Of a stretch of 32,241 bases of DNA, positions 1 to 7,425 are shown piece after piece. The stretch covers positions 1 through 32,241 of the forward strand of contig JBDRBB010000020.1 of assembly GCA_043823065.1 (NCBI GenBank). The letters are read 5' to 3'. The notes beneath the pieces are model-generated. The model ran no database searches and was not told where the DNA came from. It was given only the letters and a program-made list of their open reading frames with translations. Numbering within the stretch: position 1 is the first letter of the stretch; each line of letters starts with the position of its first letter. Position numbers and translations under genes: made by a program. Source of the stretch: Pseudomonadota bacterium. GTDB taxonomy: Bacteria > UBA10199 > 2-02-FULL-44-16 > DYJF01.

Positions 1-128
1 AATTTATTTGTATTCTGGACAGATACCTCAATGAGTTATTTAAGATTTTAAAATATTGCAATTTAACTACGAAAACTTTCATTGCGCCCCCTCCTCCGGC
101 GGCTGCTCCTTAATTGTTCCTAAATAGA

Positions 129-417
129 CTGGATTGCTTCGCGGAGTTTATCCTAAGCGAGCTATTCACCCTTCGACAAGCTCAGGGTGAACGGTGAAGA
201 GTCGAAGGGCTCCCCGCAATGACAAACCTATCCAACCTCGAAGGTGGGACTGGTTAATAAACCCTGTGGATTCCCGCTTTCGAGGTTGTTTCCAAAGTGC
301 CGTTCGTGGTTCGACAAGCTCACCACGAACGGCTAACTATTTGATTTCCCGTTCGCCCTGAGCTTGTCGAAGGGTGAATAGATCGCTCAGGACAGGCTTT
401 GCGACGAAGCAATCCAG
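129..417. repeat. Composite nested palindromic (REP/BIME-like) element
   Basis: 129-194 and 349-417 are near-perfect inverted copies (CTGGATTGCTTCG...TATTCACCCTTCGACAAGCTCAGGG(T/C)GAACGG). Internal hairpins lie at 233-288 (CAACCTCGAA...TTCGAGGTTG) and 299-333 (GCCGTTCGTGG...CCACGAACGGC). Confidence 0.85.
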
Positions 418-439
418 ACCTAAAGAAAAAAATCTGCCA

Positions 440-468
440 TAGACAACCAAATTGATTGTAGCTATACT
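440..468 (+). promoter_or_regulatory. Sigma70-like promoter, probably leaderless transcript
   Basis: TAGACA-N17-TATACT, with ATG 476 seven nt after the -10 box and no Shine-Dalgarno. Confidence 0.5.
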
Positions 469-475
469 ATTTATT

Positions 476-709
476 ATGCGCGGCCTAAAAAAATTTAAAA
501 AATTTGACGATGCCAATAAAAACAGTCTTGATGAATATTGTAGAAATAAATTAGACTTATCAAAGACAGAACAATATTTTCAAGAAATGGCTGGTTGGAT
601 AAAAAACCCTTATAAACCAGGATTATATAAATTTAGTTCATTTAAAGAAGCGCGTGACTTTGACAGACAGCAATATATCAAAAAAGCAATTGCCAAGAAT
701 AGCAAATGA
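476..709 (+). CDS. Small basic hypothetical protein, putative partner/antitoxin of the downstream nucleotidyltransferase
   Basis: ATG 476 is preferred over the alternative TTG at 452. The stop overlaps the next start (ATGA 706-709). There is an internal repeat GLKKFKKFDDA / GLYKFSSFKEA. Confidence 0.65.
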   Translation: MRGLKKFKKFDDANKNSLDEYCRNKLDLSKTEQYFQEMAGWIKNPYKPGLYKFSSFKEARDFDRQQYIKKAIAKNSK

Positions 710-1176
710 TCACCTTGCAAAAACTAACAGAGACTTGCAAACGTCTAAATGAAGCTAAAGTTCAATATATCGTTATAGGTGGTTGTGCAATATTTCTGCA
801 TGGTTATGAAAGAACAACCAGGGATATAGATATACTGATTGATGCTTCTCCCCAAAACATTGAAAAATTAAAAAAAGCCTTGCAAGATATTTTGCCAGAA
901 GCATGTGCTGAGCTAAAGGCAGAAGACGTGCAAGCAAACACTGTAGTAAGAATGGTTGGAGAGGATCTAGTCGTCGATTTAATACATCAAGTTGGCAAAA
1001 TAGATTATGAAGGTATTTGGGAGCAAAGAATAATTGAAACAATTAATGGAGTTGCAGTGCCTATAGCAAATGTAGATGCGATGTTAGAATTAAAAAGAGG
1101 CGTGAGAGATGTTGATAAAAAAGATTATTTATTCCTCAAAGGCAAGAAAAAACTTTTAGCAAAACAATCTAAATAG
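706..1176 (+). CDS. Small Pol-beta-superfamily nucleotidyltransferase (DUF6036/AbiEii-like)
   Basis: Motif VIGGCA-x4-G-x2-RTTRDIDIL, a third Asp in VVDLI, and a C-terminal LELK...RDVDKKD segment. Confidence 0.8.
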   Translation: MITLQKLTETCKRLNEAKVQYIVIGGCAIFLHGYERTTRDIDILIDASPQNIEKLKKALQDILPEACAELKAEDVQANTVVRMVGEDLVVDLIHQVGKIDYEGIWEQRIIETINGVAVPIANVDAMLELKRGVRDVDKKDYLFLKGKKKLLAKQSK

Positions 1177-1179
1177 ATT

Positions 1180-1225
1180 TGAAGCAATCCAGCCCCGTTG
1201 TCATCCTGAACGCAGTGAAGGATCC
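1180..1225 (+). repeat. REP-like palindromes (partial TGAAGCAATCCAGC plus TGTCATCCTGAACGCAGTGAAGGATCC)
   Basis: Matches the copies at 2218 and 4473; stem ATCCT/AGGAT. Confidence 0.7.
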
Positions 1226-1469
1226 CCGTAGTACAGTTTTGTCATCCCCATACATCGAGAACCAAAACCTCTGTGTTCTTTGTGCCCTCTGTCAGATTTT
1301 TGATTGCAGCATTTTCGTTCTCCATGTCCAAAAACACTACACCTATTGGGCCCCTATTTTTATTAACCCCTTGTAAATTAATAACAAAACAATTGGTACA
1401 AAAAATGCTAATACAAAATTGTAATATCAATTGACAATCATATCACTTAAGATTTAGGAGGTACTTGAT

Positions 1470-1907
1470 ATGAGTGATAAAACTAAAAAGAAAAAACATG
1501 GAAATGGAAGTCCTGAACATTATAATGCCATTTTGCTAGAGGATATTCGTGCCAAGATGGAATTTGTAATAGAGAAGATGCAAGTTAACCAGGATGCTTC
1601 AGAAAGGGAAATTCAATTACTAGAAAAAAAGGTTACAGGAGAATTTGAATTGTTAAAAAGTGTTATACATAAACACTCTGATGATCTTGAATTACAAACA
1701 ATAATTAGAAAAGGTTTAGATAATAAAATTAAAGAAAATAACTTGCAACTCGTTGAGAACAATAAAAAAATCGAGGCGCTAAAAAAACAGATTGAGCAAA
1801 TGGAAAACCGTCTAATTGACACTATCCAGGCGCATCTTAATGAGCTAGGGGCCAAGTCAGAAAATCACGAAACCCGCCTTAGCAACCTTGAGAACAATAG
1901 ATGTTAA
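1470..1907 (+). CDS. Hypothetical coiled-coil protein
   Basis: 145-aa ORF with AGGAGG RBS at 1456-1461 and heptad-rich E/K/L composition. Confidence 0.8.
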   Translation: MSDKTKKKKHGNGSPEHYNAILLEDIRAKMEFVIEKMQVNQDASEREIQLLEKKVTGEFELLKSVIHKHSDDLELQTIIRKGLDNKIKENNLQLVENNKKIEALKKQIEQMENRLIDTIQAHLNELGAKSENHETRLSNLENNRC

Positions 1908-1971
1908 ATTTTGGGTGTGCCAAAGGCATAGAGCAAGATTAAAACAAAACTTAACTATGTATGATAACAGC

Positions 1972-2056
1972 GTAGGGCAGGTCTTCGAATCCGGACCGAC
2001 AACTCTCAAGCTAGTAATAGTTTCGTGATGGTGTAGGGAGGTGAGAAGACCTGGCC
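1972..2056. repeat. Degenerate GTAG-led REP-like pair
   Basis: GTAGGG at 1972 and 2033; CAGGTCTTC (1978-1986) is complementary to GAAGACCTG (2045-2053). Confidence 0.35.
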
Positions 2057-2185
2057 GTGTATCCCCTCAAAATGATACTCATTAAGCAACGTCCTGGGTA
2101 TATTTGCACCTAACTAATGCGCTTCCTTTAAGCTAATCTCCTAAAATCACTTGTCTTTTTAACCCATATGGCCTTTGCCCCATCT

Positions 2186-2201
2186 TGGCACATCTTTTGC
2201 T
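2186..2201 (+). promoter_or_regulatory. Sigma54 (RpoN) -24/-12 promoter
   Basis: TGGCAC-ATCTT-TTGCT matches TGGCAC-N5-TTGCW exactly (GG-N10-GC), about 85 nt upstream of ATG 2285. Confidence 0.75.
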
Positions 2202-2217
2202 AATATTTCATTCCGTA

Positions 2218-2266
2218 TGTCATTGCGAACGCAGTGAAGCAATCCCGATTAAGCCTTGCAATGACA
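2218..2266 (+). repeat. REP-like hairpin in the 5' UTR
   Basis: TGTCATTGCGAACGCAGTGAAGCAATCC followed by an inverted TTGCAATGACA. Confidence 0.75.
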
Positions 2267-2284
2267 AAAGCAGAGGGGGAGCAA

Positions 2285-3736
2285 ATGTCAGGCAAATTAG
2301 TCAACTTAATCATATTCACTTTCTTTTTAATAGCTCCAGCCCTGTCTTTAGCTGCCCCGCCTTGTGCTATACTAGGCGCTCCGGTAAAAGTGGTTGCGCC
2401 TTCACCTCCTGTAGCTCCTGCACCAGCAGTGCCTTGTCACCCAGTTGATATTAGTGAAGTTCCTGTAGAAGCGTTTTCTTGTGCTCCAGGAGAAAAAATA
2501 AATATTGATATTATAACATTGCAAGCAGAACTTAATGATTTCGAAGAACATGATGCTGGTCTAATATATAAATATTGCTATAAAATTATAGGTGATACTC
2601 CCCTGATTGCTGATGTTCTGTTTATTAATAACCCTGCTTGCCCCAAACCCATCTATATCAATGGTCTTGAACTTAGTATAGACCCAACAGCTCCAGCAGG
2701 CTTAACTATCTTAACTATAAATAACATCACCCATGGCTTAAGAATGGATCAATCTGAACTGCATGGCCATGATTCAGGTACAGGTATTAGGATTGATAGA
2801 AGCAACAATGTAACTATCCAGTCCAGCAACTTGGTCAATCTGCACACTGGTATCCAAATCGAAAATAGCAATAATGTTTTACTTGGTGTCACTTCTCCAG
2901 ATATGCTGGACAAACAAAATACTTTTGAAAATTCTGAAATTGGTATTAACTTAATCAGCGGCAGCAGGGTAAGATATCCAATAAATAGATATATAAATGT
3001 TGGCCAAGCGCTTCAAGTTGATCTGGATTTAGGTTTCATTGCCCCCATTCTTCTCACCAATGTTTATGATGATGAAGCAGCAGCAACAGAAGATGTGCTG
3101 AAATGCAAAACCAATGAAGAAACCGGTGAAGTTGAGAGCTGGTTGGAAATTGAAAATGCTGAGCCTGGTGATGAAATAATTGTTTATAGAGATATAATTA
3201 GTGGGGGAATGCGAGAAGATATTTCTTTTAATAAAAATTATTTAACAGTTTGTAGATTAGATATTGATAATAAATGTTTTATTTCTTTTCCAGATGATAT
3301 TGAACTTTCTTCTGATAAGTGTGGTAATAATGATCTTAGGGGAGATATTTTAATTAATTTACCATCATCTAGTTTGTTTTCTAGTGTCGGAAGGTTATAC
3401 AATAAGAAGGGCCCCACCAACATCGGCTCTGAACTTGGCGGCATAGACATCCCAGGCCCAGGTGTTACAGAATCTAGCGCTGGCTCAGATGATGAATTCA
3501 TTGATGATGAAGAAGAAGGGGGCGGCTCCAATCTAAGTGGCCAAGTGGAACTAGCTGACTCTGGCTCAGACCTGGGTGGCTCCTCCATTGGCAGCGCTGC
3601 CACCAGCAAAATGTCCTGCACCCTGCAACCCACAACTAATTCAACCAGGCTTCCAGCTATAATTATTTTATTACCTTTGTTATTATTGTTCACTATGAGG
3701 CACAGAAGAAACTCTAAGAAAGGAGGTGTTTTGTGA
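2285..3736 (+). CDS. Secreted/surface protein with a parallel beta-helix segment, acidic Gly/Ser linker and C-terminal Cys-TM-basic sorting signal (MYXO-CTERM-like)
   Basis: RBS GAGGGGGA precedes ATG 2285; the upstream GTG 2234 lies inside a REP. Signal peptide MSGKLVNLIIF...ALSLA, a Pro-rich stretch, PbH1-like repeats (GIRIDRSNNVTI, GIQIENSNNVLL), and C-terminus MSCTLQP...AIIILLPLLLLFTMRHRR. Confidence 0.75.
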   Translation: MSGKLVNLIIFTFFLIAPALSLAAPPCAILGAPVKVVAPSPPVAPAPAVPCHPVDISEVPVEAFSCAPGEKINIDIITLQAELNDFEEHDAGLIYKYCYKIIGDTPLIADVLFINNPACPKPIYINGLELSIDPTAPAGLTILTINNITHGLRMDQSELHGHDSGTGIRIDRSNNVTIQSSNLVNLHTGIQIENSNNVLLGVTSPDMLDKQNTFENSEIGINLISGSRVRYPINRYINVGQALQVDLDLGFIAPILLTNVYDDEAAATEDVLKCKTNEETGEVESWLEIENAEPGDEIIVYRDIISGGMREDISFNKNYLTVCRLDIDNKCFISFPDDIELSSDKCGNNDLRGDILINLPSSSLFSSVGRLYNKKGPTNIGSELGGIDIPGPGVTESSAGSDDEFIDDEEEGGGSNLSGQVELADSGSDLGGSSIGSAATSKMSCTLQPTTNSTRLPAIIILLPLLLLFTMRHRRNSKKGGVL

Positions 3737-3743
3737 TCAGTTT

Positions 3744-3892
3744 AAAGTTGCGCTTGGAAGTGTTTATTTGCGGCGTCCGAGCGAGCCATCACAACAGCCT
3801 AAAAGCATGGCGAGTGAAGGATCGCAGCCAAAATTTCTGGCGTCTGAAGAAATTTTGGCGTTAGCAAATAAATACTTCCATAAAGCAACTTT
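3744..3892 (+). repeat. ~150-nt structured palindromic element, copy 1
   Basis: Terminal stem AAAGTTGC..TGGAAGTGTTTATTTGC / GCAAATAAATACTTCCA..GCAACTTT; core 3770-3865 is homologous to 22116-22211. Confidence 0.85.
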
Positions 3893-3944
3893 GTAAGATT
3901 ACAAAATACCGAATTGAAATCCAAACTTACCCACCTCATTTCAC

Positions 3945-3980
3945 GCCCCTTGGCCACACCCCCCAAGGGGCACTTTTCTT
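3945..3980 (+). terminator. Putative intrinsic terminator
   Basis: Stem GCCCCTTGG/CCAAGGGGC followed by ACTTTTCTT. Confidence 0.45.
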
Positions 3981-4002
3981 AAAAATTTCATAAAAAATCC
4001 CA

Positions 4003-4028
4003 CAACTTTTTTTCGCTTCAACCGATAA
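4003..4028 (+). promoter_or_regulatory. CAAC-N16-CGATAA motif (putative sigma28-like/alternative sigma promoter)
   Basis: The same bipartite motif and spacing occur at 7290, 23483 and 21085(-). Confidence 0.5.
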
Positions 4029-4050
4029 CTAGTCATAATTAATAAGGTTT

Positions 4051-4074
4051 GTCATTCCCGCGTAGGCGGGAATC
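4051..4074 (+). repeat. dRS3/RPE-like palindrome GTCATTCCCGCGTAGGCGGGAATC
   Basis: Fits ATTCCC-N8-GGGAAT; a near-identical copy lies at 7185. Confidence 0.8.
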
Positions 4075-4239
4075 TATCTTCTTATACGACGCACACCAGG
4101 CGCTGTACGCCGTACGATATTTTAGACGCACAGCGTTATTTTAAAGTTGACTTATGAGCTACAAAGGTATCCACTTCTCCCAAGCACGTTGTTTTATAAG
4201 TTTTTTTTGGTTTTTCAACCCTAGAAGGGGGGTGGTCGT

Positions 4240-7182
4240 ATGAAGAATTTTTTCACGACCAAGGCCAAGCGTGCCGGAGTGCGCATAGTATTTACTGCTA
4301 TTGCTTGCGTTTACTTTGCTTCTGGATGCGGAAGCTCATCTCAGATAGTACCTACTAATGAAGTTGCGGCAGATCTAGGAAAGCTAAGTGTTGAAGAGGA
4401 AGTTGTTTTTACTGATGCGTACGCTGGCTATTTGGTAATGTTTTTACAAGCAAACGCAAGAAGCAACAAGTCTGTCATTGCGAGCGCAGCAAAGCAATCC
4501 AGCACTCAGAATAACAGCCTAAATCTTCCATCTGAAATCTCCGCCGTCATAAATACACACCCCAGCACCAATATCCGCCGCGCTTTAACAATATCCGAAG
4601 AAAAAGCAGATCAATTAAGAGCAGAATTACAGTGGCTCTCAGGCAAACAACTTCAAGACTTAAATCTAATTTATTATGTAGATGTTGCTGATCCCAATGA
4701 AGCAGTACGCGTCTGGCGTGAGTTAAGACAAAATTCAGATGTGGAAAAGGTTTATCCCCAGCGTCTCACAGTTCCAGCCAGTATCAGTGCTGTCGCAGAT
4801 TTAACTGGTCAACAAGGATACTTAGGTGCCACTGCAGGTGGCTTAAATGCAGAAGCTGCCTGGGCCAGGGGTGTGACTGGGGAAGGTGTGGTAGTGATGG
4901 ATAGTGAGGAGGCTTGGAATATCCGTCATGAGGATTTGCCTTTAGATTATCTTCCAGACGATCGTTTTAGTAGCTCTATGTGGTGGCCACCTACATTTCC
5001 TACAATTAGCGCTGATATGACGCATGGCACAGCGGTTGTTGGTATTATATCTTCATTAAATAACGGTTATGGTACAACTGGTATGGCCTATGATTCTGAA
5101 TTATGGTTGCAGATTGGATCTCCGTCATTAAGTTATTTGGATGGCAGGGGAACAGATATTCCAGGTGGTAGTGTAATTTTGCTTGAACATCAAATACCCG
5201 GTGCTGAATCTGATTCAACTCCCTGCTCAGAACCAACTACAGCCTGTCAATACGGCTATATTCCTTTTGAAGCAGATCCATTAATCTTTGACCTAGTTGA
5301 ATATTTTACTGCAGCAGGTATGACTGTAATTTCCCCAGCAGCTAATGGTTCAGTTAGTTTAGCAGATGCAGCTGTTTATCCTGCAGGTTATGAAAACTTA
5401 TCCTTGTCAGATTCTGGCTCAATCCTGGTTGGTGCCAGCCAGGGCTCAAGCATGGCCAAGGCTTCTTTTTCCAACTTCGGCTCGCCAGTAGAAACCTTTG
5501 CCTGGGGCGCAGGCGTGGTCACTACTTCTGCTCCATATGTAACACCAGGCATCTATGATTGGGATGAATCAGGCGGAGTTGCCACACCTAGCACAGATCC
5601 TAATAGTTATTTTACCAATCGTTTTGGCGGCACATCTGCAGCAGCGCCCATGGTAGCTTCAGCAGCAGCCCTGGCGCAAAGCTATGTCAAAGATTTGCTG
5701 GCTCATGGTGACACGCGCTATCTTATGCCAGATACCATCAAAGAAATTTTAGTTACCACTGGACGGGCTCAAACAGATTTTACTGGCCATAACATTGGCC
5801 GCCAGCCCAGAATTGATCTGGCTTTAGATGAGGTTGAAGATTTTATAGATGATATTACCAGAACCTATCCGCAGTTAACCACAGGCGCCAGACTTACTCT
5901 GGAACAAGTGCGTGCCTTGCGCACAGCAGGCGTGGGTATTATCTGCAAAAATGGCGATCCAGAAAACAGCGACCCAATTTGTCCAGATGACGGTATCTGG
6001 ATTCCAGGCACTCAAATTGCCAAGGCCTTGGACTTTGACGGAGATGGCCGAGCAGATTTGGTTTCCTGGACCAAAGGTCAATGGAAACTGGACTTGTCCA
6101 GTATAGCAGTGGAAAGCATTACAGGCGATGATAATTTTGGAGCCTGGGATGTAATTATTAATTACCCGTCTATAGATAGCCGCTGGGTCTGGCCTTATGT
6201 GGAAGATTATAACTCAGATGGTCGGGAAGATTTGGCAGTCTATGATAAAGAACATGGCACTTGGTATATTGCTTTTACCACTGGCTCTTTGCTGGGTACA
6301 GGCATGTGGCAAGGCTGGGACCTGGTCATAGATCATAGTAGGTATTGGGTGGATACTTTAGAAATGGATCCTTGGGAAAGCCAATATAGCAGGCCAGCTC
6401 CAGGCGATTATGATGGGGATGGTTTAATTGATCTGGCTATAGCTTGTTCAGATGGTATCTGGCGCATAGATTATGGTGAAGGGCCTGAAGCTGAAAATTA
6501 TGGGTATGGGAACTTTGAAGGAAAAATAAATCCACGTGGTAATTTTGCTCAAGGTGAAGTTAGATATCTATCAGATGCCCAATTAGCAGCAGCCCCAGGC
6601 TGGGCTTATTTACCAATTGGTTCTCCATATTCAAGAAATTTCTGGATAGCCTATAAAGTTCCAGATGGTTTGCCTGATAGTGATGCGATTTATATTTATA
6701 ATGCTATTGAAGGTATGGAACGTAATTATGGATATAGCTTGCCAGCAATAAGTGGAGGAGCTGAATCAGTTGCTTGGCAAGATGCTGTTAGAAATATCAT
6801 GCTAAAAACAGGAGAAAAATGGACTTTAGTGAATCCAATTTCTGGCACAGAAACTGCGCCAGCTCCCCAAAACATCTGGGGAGGTCTAAGCTGCCGGCCC
6901 ATAGTAGCTGATTTTGATGGTAATGATATTGATGAACGGGCTGTGATGTGCCCAAATGAATGGCGCATTGCTTATCAAGAAGATTATTCATCTAAATCCA
7001 TTGATGGCGCCAGATATATTCCTTTAGGCTATGATACCAAAAAATTTAGCCTGCCTGGCAGGCCATATAGCGGAGGCATTTCCTATGCCAAGGTTTGGGA
7101 GTTAATTGAATATTTTCAAGAACTAAACCCAACCACACCGCCACCCATTCCCATCGACATGGCCACTATTACCAGTTATTAG
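4240..7182 (+). CDS. S8 (subtilisin-like) serine peptidase lipoprotein with C-terminal FG-GAP/VCBS repeats
   Basis: Lipobox FASG-C. Catalytic D (VVVMDSE), H (HGTAVVG), oxyanion N (AANG) and S (FGGTSAAAP). Repeats DFDGDGRADL, DYNSDGREDL, DYDGDGLIDL, DFDGNDIDE. Confidence 0.9.
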   Translation: MKNFFTTKAKRAGVRIVFTAIACVYFASGCGSSSQIVPTNEVAADLGKLSVEEEVVFTDAYAGYLVMFLQANARSNKSVIASAAKQSSTQNNSLNLPSEISAVINTHPSTNIRRALTISEEKADQLRAELQWLSGKQLQDLNLIYYVDVADPNEAVRVWRELRQNSDVEKVYPQRLTVPASISAVADLTGQQGYLGATAGGLNAEAAWARGVTGEGVVVMDSEEAWNIRHEDLPLDYLPDDRFSSSMWWPPTFPTISADMTHGTAVVGIISSLNNGYGTTGMAYDSELWLQIGSPSLSYLDGRGTDIPGGSVILLEHQIPGAESDSTPCSEPTTACQYGYIPFEADPLIFDLVEYFTAAGMTVISPAANGSVSLADAAVYPAGYENLSLSDSGSILVGASQGSSMAKASFSNFGSPVETFAWGAGVVTTSAPYVTPGIYDWDESGGVATPSTDPNSYFTNRFGGTSAAAPMVASAAALAQSYVKDLLAHGDTRYLMPDTIKEILVTTGRAQTDFTGHNIGRQPRIDLALDEVEDFIDDITRTYPQLTTGARLTLEQVRALRTAGVGIICKNGDPENSDPICPDDGIWIPGTQIAKALDFDGDGRADLVSWTKGQWKLDLSSIAVESITGDDNFGAWDVIINYPSIDSRWVWPYVEDYNSDGREDLAVYDKEHGTWYIAFTTGSLLGTGMWQGWDLVIDHSRYWVDTLEMDPWESQYSRPAPGDYDGDGLIDLAIACSDGIWRIDYGEGPEAENYGYGNFEGKINPRGNFAQGEVRYLSDAQLAAAPGWAYLPIGSPYSRNFWIAYKVPDGLPDSDAIYIYNAIEGMERNYGYSLPAISGGAESVAWQDAVRNIMLKTGEKWTLVNPISGTETAPAPQNIWGGLSCRPIVADFDGNDIDERAVMCPNEWRIAYQEDYSSKSIDGARYIPLGYDTKKFSLPGRPYSGGISYAKVWELIEYFQELNPTTPPPIPIDMATITSY
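4473..4503 (+). repeat. REP-like palindrome embedded in frame in the S8 gene
   Basis: TGTCATTGCGAGCGCAGCAAAGCAATCCAGC matches the intergenic copy at 2218 and encodes VIASAAKQSS. Confidence 0.7.
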
Positions 7183-7184
7183 TT

Positions 7185-7208
7185 GTCATTCCCGCGAAGG
7201 CGGGAATC
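7185..7208 (+). repeat. dRS3/RPE-like palindrome GTCATTCCCGCGAAGGCGGGAATC
   Basis: One substitution relative to 4051-4074; starts 2 nt after the S8 stop codon. Confidence 0.8.
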
Positions 7209-7209
7209 C

Positions 7210-7238
7210 AAAGGGGAACCCAAAAGGTTCCCCTTTTT
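7210..7238 (+). terminator. Intrinsic terminator
   Basis: AAAGGGGAACC-CAAAA-GGTTCCCCTTTTT. Confidence 0.8.
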
Positions 7239-7289
7239 GATTGCAGCATTTTCGTTTACCGTTACGGTAAGGTGCTTTGCATTTTTACG

Positions 7290-7315
7290 CAACTTTTTCC
7301 TCAAAAAGGCGATAA
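7290..7315 (+). promoter_or_regulatory. CAAC-N16-CGATAA motif upstream of smc
   Basis: CAACTTTTTCCTCAAAAAGGCGATAA. Confidence 0.45.
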
Positions 7316-7425
7316 AAAGGTTGCTCAAAGCAGCATAAATAGATACAAGATAAGACTTTTTTAAATTGCTTTTAAGCCAACACTATGATATTACTCAAGA
7401 AATTAATAGCGAGCTGGGAGAGAGC

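Noticed and set aside
129..417. CRISPR array or tRNA/ncRNA in the hairpin-rich region
   Set aside because: No regularly spaced direct repeats with unique spacers, no cas genes and no cloverleaf; the repeats are inverted and nested.
1179..1430. ORFs 1179..1376 (+) and 1242..1430 (-)
   Set aside because: They run through REP and short-period repeats, have no RBS and show no protein-like motifs.
2234..2284. N-terminal extension of the 500-aa ORF, and ORF 2185..2448
   Set aside because: Both derive from the promoter and REP hairpin; the RBS and signal peptide support ATG 2285.
7366..7425. 20-aa N-terminal extension of SMC
   Set aside because: The canonical SMC start MRLKSL with an RBS is at 7426.
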